This document shows, in pieces, positions 47,826 to 57,922 of a stretch of 64,000 nucleotides of DNA. Each line of letters begins with the position of its first letter. Position 1 is the stretch's first letter. This stretch comes from a phage: sequence record PZ179883.1. The stretch is one strand, 5' to 3'. A program made the translations under genes and the position numbers. The notes under the pieces were generated by a model that had not been told where the DNA came from, did no database searches, and was given only the letters and a program-made list of their open reading frames with translations.

Positions 47826-48083
47826 TGTACGAAACGCCGGGATTCGAACCCGGTTATTAAGTAGTTGACGCTACTCAATATTTTTAAAAGGCCATATCTC
47901 GACCATATCCGAACGTTCCGTCAAAAACGCTACTCGGCTTACGGCAAAGATATTTCCTCGAATCGATAATTCGGTGCGCCGTTTCTGCTGTGATAGTAAA
48001 GAGCCAGAACACAGTAAAACTGTGGGAGGAAACTATACTCCAGGGAACATCAGTCCGACGACTTACCGGTAGCGACCCGGTTT
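47826..48083 (-). ncRNA. Putative stable small RNA region with a tRNA-like 3-prime module
   Basis: Minus strand has a canonical T-arm (CCGGG-TTCGAAT-CCCGG) and a 5 bp stem/7 nt loop, but no matching 5-prime acceptor strand; boundaries uncertain. Confidence 0.3.
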
Positions 48084-48084
48084 C

Positions 48085-48435
48085 TTAATATTCTTTTAAA
48101 GAATCAATATATTCACGGCGTTTACGCCACAAATCAATTGCTTCATACGCGGATTCAGCATTTCGAATTAGCCGGCATTTATGTAAAGACTTATGATTTT
48201 GATATTGTGTAGATAACGGAATTGTATCTAAAAGGTCTTTACGATCAAAATATTCGTAACCATCTAAACCAAATGAACGATTTTTGAGAAATTGCCAATG
48301 ACCATATTCGTTTTCGACATAAACATAATCTGCATGCTGATAAAGCAAATTAATTACACGTTCAGAAATAACAGTATCATTATGATTAAAATAGAATGTT
48401 AAATCATGAACTACTAAATAAACATTACCTTTCAT
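48085..48435 (-). CDS. Hypothetical protein embedded in the tRNA/stable RNA region
   Basis: 116 aa ORF between the tRNA-Arg gene and the stable RNA region. Confidence 0.4.
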   Translation of the reverse strand: MKGNVYLVVHDLTFYFNHNDTVISERVINLLYQHADYVYVENEYGHWQFLKNRSFGLDGYEYFDRKDLLDTIPLSTQYQNHKSLHKCRLIRNAESAYEAIDLWRKRREYIDSLKEY

Positions 48436-48451
48436 ATTTTCCTCACTTAAT

Positions 48452-48527
48452 TGGTCGAGGCAGTAGGGATCGAACCTACGACCTAGGACTTAGAAGGTCC
48501 TTGCTCTTCCTTCTGAGCTATGCCCCG
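48452..48527 (-). tRNA. tRNA-Arg (anticodon UCU), CCA encoded
   Basis: Hand-folded cloverleaf: acceptor CGGGGCA, anticodon loop CUUCUAA, T-arm GTAGG-TTCGATC-CCTAC. Confidence 0.8.
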
Positions 48528-48530
48528 TAA

Positions 48531-48612
48531 TTGGGGTGACCGATGGGAGTCGAACCCATGACTACGAGAATCACAATCACAATCTCGAGTTCTACCAACT
48601 GAACTACGGCCA
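48531..48612 (-). tRNA. Atypical tRNA-like gene: His-type (GUG) with a 6 nt tandem duplication giving a 13 nt anticodon loop; possible pseudogene
   Basis: Canonical acceptor, D- and T-arms and C73 discriminator; anticodon stem CGAGA/TCTCG encloses TTGTGATTGTGAT instead of 7 nt. Confidence 0.5.
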
Positions 48613-48727
48613 CATTAATACCTACTCCAACAATCAAGATGTCTTCACACGAAATTAAGAGAAGAGTGATCAGTTCAACCCCTATAATCGCGTCAAGTAG
48701 ATATTAATGTGACAGTTGTCACAAATT

Positions 48728-48802
48728 TGGCGGACGTGATAGGATTCGAACCTATAACCAATCGCTTAACAGGCGATCGCTCTGCCATTGAGCTACACAT
48801 CC
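48728..48802 (-). tRNA. tRNA-Asn (anticodon GUU), CCA encoded
   Basis: Hand-folded: anticodon stem ATCGC/GCGAT, loop CUGUUAA, T-arm ATAGG-TTCGAAT-CCTAT. Confidence 0.75.
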
Positions 48803-48806
48803 AAAT

Positions 48807-48894
48807 TGGTGGGGAGTGGTGGAGTCGAACCACCCGAGTCGCAATGACAATGGATTTACAGTCCACACCGCTACCTCTACGGGATAACTCCCCA
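48807..48894 (-). tRNA. tRNA-Tyr (anticodon GUA), class II with long variable arm
   Basis: 88 nt; anticodon loop CUGUAAA; T-arm GGTGG-TTCGACT-CCACC. Confidence 0.75.
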
Positions 48895-48902
48895 AATTAA
48901 TT

Positions 48903-48977
48903 TGGTGGCCCTGGGTGGAATTGAACCACCATCTGGCGATTATGAGTCGCTTGCTTGAACCTTCCAGCTACAGGGCC
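48903..48977 (-). tRNA. tRNA with CAU anticodon (Ile2/lysidine-type or elongator Met)
   Basis: Anticodon loop CUCAUAA; T-arm GGTGG-TTCAATT-CCACC; T4 tRNA-Ile equivalent by position. Confidence 0.7.
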
Positions 48978-48978
48978 T

Positions 48979-49054
48979 TGGTGCTGATTGACGGAATCGA
49001 ACCGCCGACCTTCTCATTACAAGTGAGTTGCTCTACCTACTGAGCTAAATCAGC
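48979..49054 (-). tRNA. tRNA-Thr (anticodon UGU)
   Basis: Anticodon loop CUUGUAA; acceptor GCTGATT/AATCAGC; CCA encoded. Confidence 0.8.
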
Positions 49055-49059
49055 AAAAC

Positions 49060-49149
49060 TGGCGGAGGCGATAGGATTTGAACCTATGAGTCGCCGGAGC
49101 GACTGCCGGTTTTCAAGACCGGTGCATTAAACCACTCTGCCACGCCTCC
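49060..49149 (-). tRNA. tRNA-Ser (anticodon UGA), class II
   Basis: 90 nt; anticodon stem CCGGT/ACCGG, loop CUUGAAA; long variable arm. Confidence 0.8.
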
Positions 49150-49151
49150 AG

Positions 49152-49225
49152 TCTCCGTGGCAGGATTTGAACCTACGACATTCTGCTCCCAAAGCAGACG
49201 CTCTACCAAACTGAGCTACACGGAG
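49152..49225 (-). tRNA. tRNA-Pro (anticodon UGG), 3-prime CCA not encoded
   Basis: Anticodon loop UUUGGGA; abuts tRNA-Ser, like the T4 Pro-Ser dimeric precursor. Confidence 0.8.
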
Positions 49226-49235
49226 TAAATTAAAT

Positions 49236-49309
<74 letters not shown>

Positions 49310-49314
49310 AAATT

Positions 49315-49401
49315 TGGTGCGAGAAGTGGGACTCGAACCCACAAGGAAATCATTCCGCAGCATTTTAAGTGCTGTGCCTTTACCAATTTGACCATTCTCG
49401 C
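49315..49401 (-). tRNA. tRNA-Leu (anticodon UAA), class II
   Basis: 87 nt; anticodon loop CUUAAAA; T-arm GTGGG-TTCGAGT-CCCAC; CCA encoded. Confidence 0.8.
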
Positions 49402-49407
49402 TCTATA

Positions 49408-50040
49408 TTATTTATTACGTGAAAAAGATTGTTCTATCAATTCTGGACACTTTCGTTCTATCCATTTTCTAGCTTTTTGTGGGCTTATACCTATTATTTT
49501 AGCAGCTTTACTAACCCATCCAAATTTAGAATAATCGATTTTAACTAATTCTTCGTAAATTTCATCAGTTAAAATCTTTTCATTAATATTTACCAGTAAA
49601 TGATATAATTTATTATCATTAGCAATTTTAATGAATCTTTTATAGTTTCCGCCTTTACTTAAACCTAATGAAGTAATTGCAGATGATATAGTAGCCGAAT
49701 TTAATAATGCGTTTAAAATTTCTTCATCACTAACATTATAACGCTTTTTATTATTTTTAATATTTTTACCAGCAAAAGTATCAGTTTGCGAATGGCAATT
49801 TGGACATAATAATCTTAAATTTGATTTAAGATGATTTTTGTTATTTCCATCAATATGGTCTAATTGCAGAACAATATGCTTATTTTGCCATTTTGAAATT
49901 TTACAAATTGCACACTCATATGGAAAAATATTTTCTTTTATTATTTTGTCTTTCAGCTTTCCTGTACTAAAATTTGGATGTTTTCCTTCAAAAATTTCAG
50001 CTAATTTAGTATCCATAATATAATTCCCAATTATTAACAA
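49408..50040 (-). mobile_element. HNH homing endonuclease
   Basis: 210 aa; LQLDHIDGNNKNHLKSNLRLLCPNCHSQTD is an HNH motif with zinc-binding cysteines; helix-turn-helix-like C-terminus; ends 6 nt from tRNA-Leu. Confidence 0.7.
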
Positions 50041-50126
50041 AGGCTCTCTAACAAGAACCCTTGATGATAGAGGGTATTAATCAGTGCGATATGAGTTAAT
50101 AATAACAAATAATTCTTAAAGCATAT

Positions 50127-50414
50127 TTACCATTTATAATAATACATATTTACGATGCATTCAAGACCCAAAGGATTCTTGAAAATATCATATTCAAGAG
50201 GACCTTTTTCTGTTTCAATAAAGAAATCAAAATTTACTGTATTAAATTTACGTTCTTCCTTCACTAATTTAACTTGAGAAGATGAACGGTCAATGTAAAC
50301 CTTTTCAACTTCAAAACATGTTAAAATGCCATAATCATCAATCAAAGCTTTAGCCGCGTCTTGATCATATTTATATCCATTTTCAATGGATGATACTTTC
50401 GCATAAAGAATCAT
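50127..50414 (-). CDS. Hypothetical protein
   Basis: 95 aa ORF. Confidence 0.4.
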   Translation of the reverse strand: MILYAKVSSIENGYKYDQDAAKALIDDYGILTCFEVEKVYIDRSSSQVKLVKEERKFNTVNFDFFIETEKGPLEYDIFKNPLGLECIVNMYYYKW

Positions 50415-50416
50415 TA

Positions 50417-50815
50417 TCAGCCTTCATCAACAATAGTGTGAGTATTAGCATTTACGATTTGCCACCAATCAAAGCGATTAGAATCCATCGGTTTGTTTTC
50501 ATTTTCTTTGATAATGTCACGGAGTTCATCTTCAGAGAATGCTTTAGCAATTAAATCGGTATACCCACCACGGGGATAATAATTATCACCTGCAAACAAA
50601 AGGAAATTTACCTTCCCGGAAGCAACATATGCTTCCTTAGGATACTTGTTTCCTGCGTGGTCAACCACTTCAATATAACGGTAAGGAATATCGGTTCTTT
50701 CAACCCATTGCCATGCCGCCGCAGGGGAATCGAAAGCATCTACACCTAAACGATTATCTTCATCTTTAGACGGATTATTTTCGTAATCCGCATATACATA
50801 ATATTCAACGTTCAT
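50417..50815 (-). CDS. Hypothetical acidic protein
   Basis: 132 aa ORF. Confidence 0.4.
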   Translation of the reverse strand: MNVEYYVYADYENNPSKDEDNRLGVDAFDSPAAAWQWVERTDIPYRYIEVVDHAGNKYPKEAYVASGKVNFLLFAGDNYYPRGGYTDLIAKAFSEDELRDIIKENENKPMDSNRFDWWQIVNANTHTIVDEG

Positions 50816-51000
50816 TATTCACCTTTAGAAATTTTATCCATAACAATAGCAATTAAACCAATTAAAAATGCTACTACAAGTGAAAACACATTTTCTGCTG
50901 TAGTCAATAATCCACATATAAATCCAACAAACATTGAAAAACTAAAAGCGGAAGCAGAAATTGCAATAGCAACATTTCGAATTAATTCACAACGTTTCAT
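50815..51000 (-). CDS. Small membrane protein
   Basis: 61 aa with two hydrophobic helices; own early promoter upstream. Confidence 0.4.
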   Translation of the reverse strand: MKRCELIRNVAIAISASAFSFSMFVGFICGLLTTAENVFSLVVAFLIGLIAIVMDKISKGE

Positions 51001-51024
51001 TTTATTCTCCTCAGTAGTAGATAG

Positions 51025-51060
51025 GGTAATAGTATCACTACCCTATCTAAAAGTAAACTT
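51025..51060 (-). promoter_or_regulatory. T4-type early promoter
   Basis: TTTACT N17 TACTAT; upstream of the small membrane protein. Confidence 0.55.
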
Positions 51061-51292
51061 ATTTTTTACGAAAAATTGATTTATTTTCTGCTGCCCATTT
51101 TTCAATAACTGCAGCAGGACCAGTAACAACAATTTTATCACCGTAATCTTCTGCGGCGAGTTGACCGAAATTATCTAATGCATCACGAAGAACTCCATGA
51201 GGCATTTCACCCATTTTATCTTTCTTGCCAGTGTAAATAAACTCAACTTTTACATCAGCAGTTTCAGCAATAAATTCTTGGTAAGTTTTCAT
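51059..51292 (-). CDS. Internal protein at the IPI locus, divergent from T4 IPI
   Basis: Internal start MKTYQEFIAE (exact T4 leader) followed by sequence unlike T4 IPI as I recall it; adjacent to 57B as ipI is in T4. Confidence 0.6.
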   Translation of the reverse strand: MKTYQEFIAETADVKVEFIYTGKKDKMGEMPHGVLRDALDNFGQLAAEDYGDKIVVTGPAAVIEKWAAENKSIFRKK

Positions 51293-51322
51293 TTTGATTT
51301 CCATTTGGTTTTGTTTTGATAG

Positions 51323-51368
51323 GGTAATAGTATCACAACTAAAACCCTATGTAAACAACTTTGTGAAA

Positions 51369-51370
<2 letters not shown>
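51323..51370 (-). promoter_or_regulatory. T4-type early promoter upstream of the IPI-locus gene
   Basis: TTTACA N17 TACTAT. Confidence 0.6.
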
Positions 51371-52053
<683 letters not shown>

Positions 52054-52054
<1 letters not shown>

Positions 52055-52779
52055 TATAGTACCTTTAGTGTATTTTTAATTTTAGAAAAAAGTTCTTCAA
52101 GAGAACCATCGTTTGTAATTACTAAATCGCCATCACGAATTGGCAATCCAGCTTCTGTAATATGTGTATCATTGGATTTTTGACCAGGACGAACTACATG
52201 AATTACTGTAGCACCCATCGCCCTAGCCGCATCCATTTCATGATCTTGACGGGTATCAGGAACGATATAATAATCATAACCTGAGTTAAATTTATCAAGA
52301 TAATCTAAAGCAAATAATTTTACCCAATACATGCGGTCGAAGTTATTAACAATCAAATCCGTACCTAGGGCTTGCATCAGACGACGGACTGACCATTGAT
52401 CTTCAATATTATTTATAACGTCAATAATCTTGTTACATGCTACGGAATCAACTGATTCTTGTCCTTCGTCCTCAAAAACAAACACATCTTTAATTGGGCT
52501 TTTACCATTAAGATAGCAAAATGCTTGTTCCATAATCGTGATTACTTCTAATTTAGTCAGATTTAAATTAGTCTCACGATCATAGTCAATTCCTTCAAAC
52601 TCTTTACGAGTTAAGCAAGGATAGTCGGTGTTTGCTGCAAATACACCCCATGCATAAGCCAATGCATCCTTAATAGGACCAGCAAGTTGATATTTAACTG
52701 CAGAATAATTATTCATGATAAAATCTGCAGTAGTATCTTTTCCACTACGCTTTACACCACTTAAAAAGATTAGTTTCAT
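52054..52779 (-). CDS. 1: dNMP kinase gp1
   Basis: 241 aa; P-loop GVKRSGKDT; T4 gp1 length. Confidence 0.93.
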
Positions 52780-52828
52780 ATGTTTCTCCTCAAATTTAGT
52801 TAAGATTATAACACATGAAACTGAAGCA

Positions 52829-53359
52829 TTAAACTTCTGCTATAATTTTGCCATCTTTTTCTACTTGAAAATACGTATAAGGAATCGTTGCTGTACATAC
52901 TAAAGCTGGGTCTGAATCTTCCGTGTAGCTAAATTCTACTTCAGACAGGTCAGAAACCCAAGGCTTATAAAAATTTATTGACATCACGATTTCAGTTTTA
53001 CTATTATCTAAAATGTAAAGCGTAATGTACTCAGGACCTGTTTTTTGGGCAGTATTTTCGCCTGTAAGATAGTTACTAGTTCCTAGCATCCATTCATACA
53101 TTCCTATCCACGACTTAAGCTCTTCATCAACTATAAATCTCACGATGAGTGGATCGTACTCAAATGTAACACCTGGACGTTGTGCTCGGCCTAGTCCAAA
53201 CGGCCCAGTCACGGTATCAGTAACAGGTATTCTAATTCCTGGAATAGGAACTGACTGAGCATTTAAAGTAAAAGCAGATGTAGTATTACTATGTGGTATT
53301 GATACTACAAAGTTAGTTGTATTTGCTTGGTTAAAAATTTGTTGCAGAGCTTGCGACAT
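52829..53359 (-). CDS. 3: Tail completion / sheath stabiliser gp3 (start adjusted)
   Basis: Internal Met gives 176 aa (T4 gp3 length); ORF track gives 52829..53440. Confidence 0.8.
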   Translation of the reverse strand: MSQALQQIFNQANTTNFVVSIPHSNTTSAFTLNAQSVPIPGIRIPVTDTVTGPFGLGRAQRPGVTFEYDPLIVRFIVDEELKSWIGMYEWMLGTSNYLTGENTAQKTGPEYITLYILDNSKTEIVMSINFYKPWVSDLSEVEFSYTEDSDPALVCTATIPYTYFQVEKDGKIIAEV

Positions 53360-53465
53360 ATATTCCTCATAATGCTTTATAACTGTTGGTGGTATAATGG
53401 GTCTAAGTCCCTTCCATTCAATTCCATTTAGAACAAACAACAGAAAAGAATGGAAGATAATAGAA

Positions 53466-54290
53466 TTAAATATTTGACCAGACTTTGTTTGCAGAGAAAC
53501 GTTTTCCTTTTGAAACGAACTGCTGAAGTGGCATCAATACAACGTTCGCCCAGTCTTTCGGGGCGATTTCAACAAGGCTACCCATAATATTACCAGGTAT
53601 ATATGCCTTAATCATTTGGTCTGCACCCCTAAATCCTTTCACTTGACTCCAATCAATTTTTAATTTCGTTTTATTAGTAATAGTAGGTGTATTTGAATAT
53701 TGCTTTAAAAGCTCTTCTAGAAACTGTTGACGAGCTTTAGGTGGAATATAGTGCAAGTTCAATCCGTACATTAAATTATGCTTACCTAAACCAAGGTAAA
53801 TTATCAAAGGAAATTTATCCCAGTAAGGAAGAGTTTCCTTGTGTTTAGCATCATAAGCAAAAGCATATATTCGTCCCGGCTGCGGGCGAACAACCTTATG
53901 TCCTTTTACTTGCTTAATAGTTTCAGCAAACCACTTTCTGGTTTTATTATTAATTGCTGCGCCTTCATTACGAATTTTATCGCGCAATGTTTGTCTGAAT
54001 GAATTTATCATAAGCAGTTGTCTTTCTTGCTTATTGAGTTTATTCATTGGTTTTGATTCAAGCTTTTGAATCTTTTCAGCCGTTTTAATTCCTGAAGCAT
54101 ATTTTGACATTGCTGAAGTAAACGTAGAGTATTTGATTCCTCTTTCTTCAGCAAATTGCTTTCCTGTCATTCCTTTTGCTTTGGCCTTTTTGTATTCAAG
54201 ACCTATCTGAATCCATTTCTTTTCGTTTAATGATTGCTTAACCTTTGGAACTTGGGGAATGCTTTCATTAATTATTTGAAAAATAGCCAT
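53466..54290 (-). CDS. 2: DNA end protector gp2
   Basis: 274 aa, T4 gp2 length and position. Confidence 0.88.
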   Translation of the reverse strand: MAIFQIINESIPQVPKVKQSLNEKKWIQIGLEYKKAKAKGMTGKQFAEERGIKYSTFTSAMSKYASGIKTAEKIQKLESKPMNKLNKQERQLLMINSFRQTLRDKIRNEGAAINNKTRKWFAETIKQVKGHKVVRPQPGRIYAFAYDAKHKETLPYWDKFPLIIYLGLGKHNLMYGLNLHYIPPKARQQFLEELLKQYSNTPTITNKTKLKIDWSQVKGFRGADQMIKAYIPGNIMGSLVEIAPKDWANVVLMPLQQFVSKGKRFSANKVWSNI

Positions 54291-54742
54291 TATGCCCCCT
54301 TAAAGCCAAGAGCTCGTAATCCATCTTCTGTTAGAATTCTAAATTTTATTCCACGCTTTTCAGCTAAAGATTGTGCTGCTTTCCATTTGTCGGTATTAAC
54401 AGAATATGTATAAATTTCATTCATAAATCTTTTCTTCGCTGCGGTTGTTAGATGTGCTGGTTTAACTGGTGGTTGTGTTTCTTTTTTAGGTTTTATTTCA
54501 ATAAAAAATTCTTGTCCAGAAGAATCTTTCATCCAAATATCCATGAAGTATCTACGTTTTTTCCCTTCTGCATTACAAAAATAAGGAATTACTGCTGTTT
54601 CACTACCCCATGCAATAATTTCTGGATTTTTATCTAACCATTCAAAAAAGAATTTTTCCCAATTTGATCTATACGTAATTTTTTTAGGGTCACCTCTATA
54701 CTTTGATATATTTTTAGGAACCCATTTTCCAGAATATGCCAT
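54290..54742 (-). CDS. 4: Head completion protein gp4
   Basis: 150 aa, T4 gp4 length; divergent from gene 53. Confidence 0.88.
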   Translation of the reverse strand: MAYSGKWVPKNISKYRGDPKKITYRSNWEKFFFEWLDKNPEIIAWGSETAVIPYFCNAEGKKRRYFMDIWMKDSSGQEFFIEIKPKKETQPPVKPAHLTTAAKKRFMNEIYTYSVNTDKWKAAQSLAEKRGIKFRILTEDGLRALGFKGA

Positions 54743-54753
54743 TGGATTCTCCT

Positions 54754-54761
54754 TATAAATA
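54754..54761 (+). promoter_or_regulatory. Late promoter (TATAAATA) for gene 53
   Basis: tataaata about 30 nt upstream of the gene 53 ATG, followed by GGAGGG. Confidence 0.7.
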
Positions 54762-54768
54762 GATAATA

Positions 54769-54776
54769 TATTTATA
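54769..54776 (-). promoter_or_regulatory. Late promoter (TATAAATA) for genes 4-2-3, divergent from the gene 53 promoter
   Basis: Minus-strand TATAAATA about 20 nt upstream of the gene 4 ATG with AGGAG Shine-Dalgarno. Confidence 0.6.
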
Positions 54777-54789
54777 AACAGGAGGGCCC

Positions 54790-55380
54790 ATGCTCTTTAC
54801 ATTTTTTGATCCGATTGAATATGCGGCCAAAACGGTGAATAAAAACGCGCCGACTATTCCTATGACAGATATTTTTAGAAACTATAAAGACTATTTTAAA
54901 CGCGCTCTTGCGGGATACCGCTTACGTACTTATTATATCAAAGGTTCACCACGCCCGGAAGAATTAGCAAATACTATATATGGAAATCCACAGTTGTATT
55001 GGGTTTTATTGATGTGTAATGATAATTATGACCCGTATTATGGATGGATTACTTCACAAGAAGCAGCTTATCAAGCATCTATACAAAAATACAAAAATGT
55101 AGGTGGAGACCAAATAGTATATCATGTGAATGAGAACGGTGAAAAATTTTATAATTTAATATCATACGATGATAATCCATATGTTTGGTATGATAAAGGT
55201 GATAAAGCTAGAAAATATCCTCAATATGAAGGAGCACTTGCTGCTGTTAATACGTATGAAGATGCTGTTATTGAAAATGAAAAACTTCGTCAAATAAAAA
55301 TAATAGCAAAATCAGACATCAATTCATTTATGAACGACCTTATACGTATAATGGAGAAATCTTATGGAAATGATAAGTAA
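54790..55380 (+). CDS. 53: Baseplate wedge protein gp53
   Basis: 196 aa; late promoter TATAAATA about 30 nt upstream. Confidence 0.9.
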   Translation: MLFTFFDPIEYAAKTVNKNAPTIPMTDIFRNYKDYFKRALAGYRLRTYYIKGSPRPEELANTIYGNPQLYWVLLMCNDNYDPYYGWITSQEAAYQASIQKYKNVGGDQIVYHVNENGEKFYNLISYDDNPYVWYDKGDKARKYPQYEGALAAVNTYEDAVIENEKLRQIKIIAKSDINSFMNDLIRIMEKSYGNDK

Positions 55381-57091
55381 TAACCTTAATTGGTTTGTTG
55401 GTGTTGTTGAAGATAGAATGGACCCATTAAAATTAGGTCGTGTTCGTGTTCGTGTAGTTGGTCTGCATCCACCTCAAAGAGCACAAGGCGATGTAATGGG
55501 TATTCCAACTGAAAAATTACCATGGATGTCAGTTATTCAACCTATAACTTCTGCAGCAATGTCTGGAATTGGAGGTTCTGTTACTGGACCGGTAGAAGGA
55601 ACTAGAGTTTATGGTCATTTTTTAGACAAATGGAAAACTAACGGAATTGTCCTTGGCACGTATGGTGGAATAGTTCGCGAAAAACCGAATAGACTTGAAG
55701 GATTTTCTGACCCAACTGGGCAATATCCTAGACGTTTAGGAAATGATACTAACGTATTAAACCAAGGCGGAGAAGTAGGATATGATTCCTCTTCTAACGT
55801 TATTCAAGATAGTAACTTAGACACTGCAATAAATCCCGATGATAGACCACTATCAGAGATTCCAACCGATGATAATCCAAATATGTCAATGGCTGAAATG
55901 CTTCGCCGTGATGAAGGATTAAGACTAAAAGTTTATTGGGATACCGAAGGATATCCGACAATTGGTATTGGTCATCTTATCATGAAGCAACCAGTTCGTG
56001 ATATGGCTCAAATTAATAAAGTTTTATCAAAACAAGTTGGTCGTGAAATTACTGGAAACCCAGGTTCTATTACAATGGAAGAAGCGGTAGCTTTATTTGA
56101 ACGTGATTTGGCTGATATGCAACGTGACATTAAATCACATTCTAAAGTTGGCCCAGTTTGGAAAGCAGTTAATCGTTCTCGTCAAATGGCATTAGAAAAT
56201 ATGGCATTTCAGATGGGTGTCGGCGGTGTAGCTAAATTTAACACAATGTTAACTGCTATGTTAGCCGGAGATTGGGAAAAAGCATATAAAGCTGGTCGTG
56301 ATTCATTGTGGTATCAACAAACAAAAGGCCGTGCATCCCGTGTTACCATGATTATTCTTACAGGTAATTTGGAATCATACGGTATTGAAGTGAAAACACC
56401 GGCTAGGTCTTTGTCAGCAATGGCTGCTGCTGTAACAAAGTCTTCTGATCCAGCTGACCCTCCTATTCCGAATGATTCGAGAATTTTATTTAAAGAACCT
56501 GTTTCTTCATATAAAGGTGAATATCCGTATGTTCACACAATGGAAACTGAAAGCGGTCATATTCAGGAATTTGACGATACCCCGGGACAAGAACGATACA
56601 GATTAGTCCATCCGACTGGAACATATGAGGAAGTATCACCGTCAGGAAGAAGAACAAGAAAAACTGTTGATAATTTGTATGATATAACAAATGCTGATGG
56701 TAATTTTTTGGTAGCTGGCGATAAAAAGACTAATGTCGGTGGATCAGAAATTTATTACAACATGGATAATCGTCTTCACCAAATAGATGGAAGCAATACG
56801 ATATTTGTGCGTGGCGATGAAACTAAGACAGTTGAAGGTAATGGAACTATCCTAGTCAAAGGTAATGTTACTATTGTAGTTGAAGGTAATGCTGACATTA
56901 CAGTTAAAGGAGATGCTACTACTTTAGTTGAAGGAAATCAGACTAATACAGTAAATGGAAATCTTTCTTGGAAAGTTGCTGGGACAGTTGATTGGGACGT
57001 TGGTGGTGATTGGACAGAAAAAATGGCATCTATGAGTTCTATTTCATCTGGTCAATACACAATTGATGGATCGAGGATTGACATTGGCTAA
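55364..57091 (+). CDS. 5: Baseplate hub / tail lysozyme gp5
   Basis: 575 aa beginning MEMISNNLNWFVGVVED; internal lysozyme domain resembling gene e; C-terminal VxGxxxxx beta-helix repeats. Confidence 0.96.
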   Translation: MEMISNNLNWFVGVVEDRMDPLKLGRVRVRVVGLHPPQRAQGDVMGIPTEKLPWMSVIQPITSAAMSGIGGSVTGPVEGTRVYGHFLDKWKTNGIVLGTYGGIVREKPNRLEGFSDPTGQYPRRLGNDTNVLNQGGEVGYDSSSNVIQDSNLDTAINPDDRPLSEIPTDDNPNMSMAEMLRRDEGLRLKVYWDTEGYPTIGIGHLIMKQPVRDMAQINKVLSKQVGREITGNPGSITMEEAVALFERDLADMQRDIKSHSKVGPVWKAVNRSRQMALENMAFQMGVGGVAKFNTMLTAMLAGDWEKAYKAGRDSLWYQQTKGRASRVTMIILTGNLESYGIEVKTPARSLSAMAAAVTKSSDPADPPIPNDSRILFKEPVSSYKGEYPYVHTMETESGHIQEFDDTPGQERYRLVHPTGTYEEVSPSGRRTRKTVDNLYDITNADGNFLVAGDKKTNVGGSEIYYNMDNRLHQIDGSNTIFVRGDETKTVEGNGTILVKGNVTIVVEGNADITVKGDATTLVEGNQTNTVNGNLSWKVAGTVDWDVGGDWTEKMASMSSISSGQYTIDGSRIDIG

Positions 57092-57620
57092 TATACTTCC
57101 AATGAGCGCTGATTTAGGAGAATCCATGGAAGGTTCTTCTATCGACGTCACCTTTACCGCTCAATTAGAAACAGGTGAAACGTTAGTATCTATAAATATA
57201 ACTAGTTACGAAGAAACTCCTGGGGTTTTAGTAGAAGAAAATCGTTTATATGGAACGTATGAATCTGTATTTGGATTTGGAAATGATGCGTTGAAATATC
57301 GTTTAGATAATGAATTTAAAACCGCTGCTTCATGGGAAGACCTTCCAACTGATTCTAATACTCAGTTATATTTATGGAAAGCTCCTCAAAACCTTCAGAA
57401 GACATTCACTTACGAAGTAACATTAATATATGACTACCAAGAACAAGGTGAATCTGGAGGTTCTGGCAGTAATTCTAGGTCATCTTCTGATACTACTGAA
57501 CCAACGAATCCTCCAGCTCCAATAAGAAAAACTCTTGTTAAAAATTACACAAAAACTATAGTTGGAAATTGGAGTCGTTGGGCTAATAAATTGAGAAGCT
57601 ATGTGTATGAGAGGCCATAA
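57063..57620 (+). CDS. Hypothetical protein (5.1 position)
   Basis: 185 aa ORF between 5 and 5.4; start may be internal. Confidence 0.5.
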
Positions 57621-57914
57621 ATGTCAGGATTAAGTTATGATAAGTGTGTTACTGCCGGCCATGAAGCATGGCCTCCAACGGTTGTGAATGCTACACAAAG
57701 TAAAGTATTCACCGGAGGAATTGCTGTTCTTGTAGCAGGCGATCCAATTACAGAACATACAGAAATTAAAAAGCCATATGAAACACATGGCGGAGTGACA
57801 CAACCTAGAACTTCTAAGGTATATGTCACTGGAAAGAAAGCTGTTCAAATGGCTGATCCAATATCATGCGGTGATACTGTGGCTCAGGCATCATCTAAAG
57901 TATTCATTAAATAG
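57621..57914 (+). CDS. 5.4: gp5.4 PAAR-type spike tip protein
   Basis: 97 aa, T4 gp5.4 length. Confidence 0.8.
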
Positions 57915-57922
57915 GATTTAAA

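Noticed and set aside
48531-48612. Calling the His-like gene a functional tRNA-His
   Set aside because: The 13 nt anticodon loop is incompatible with a standard anticodon stem-loop; reported as atypical/pseudogene instead.
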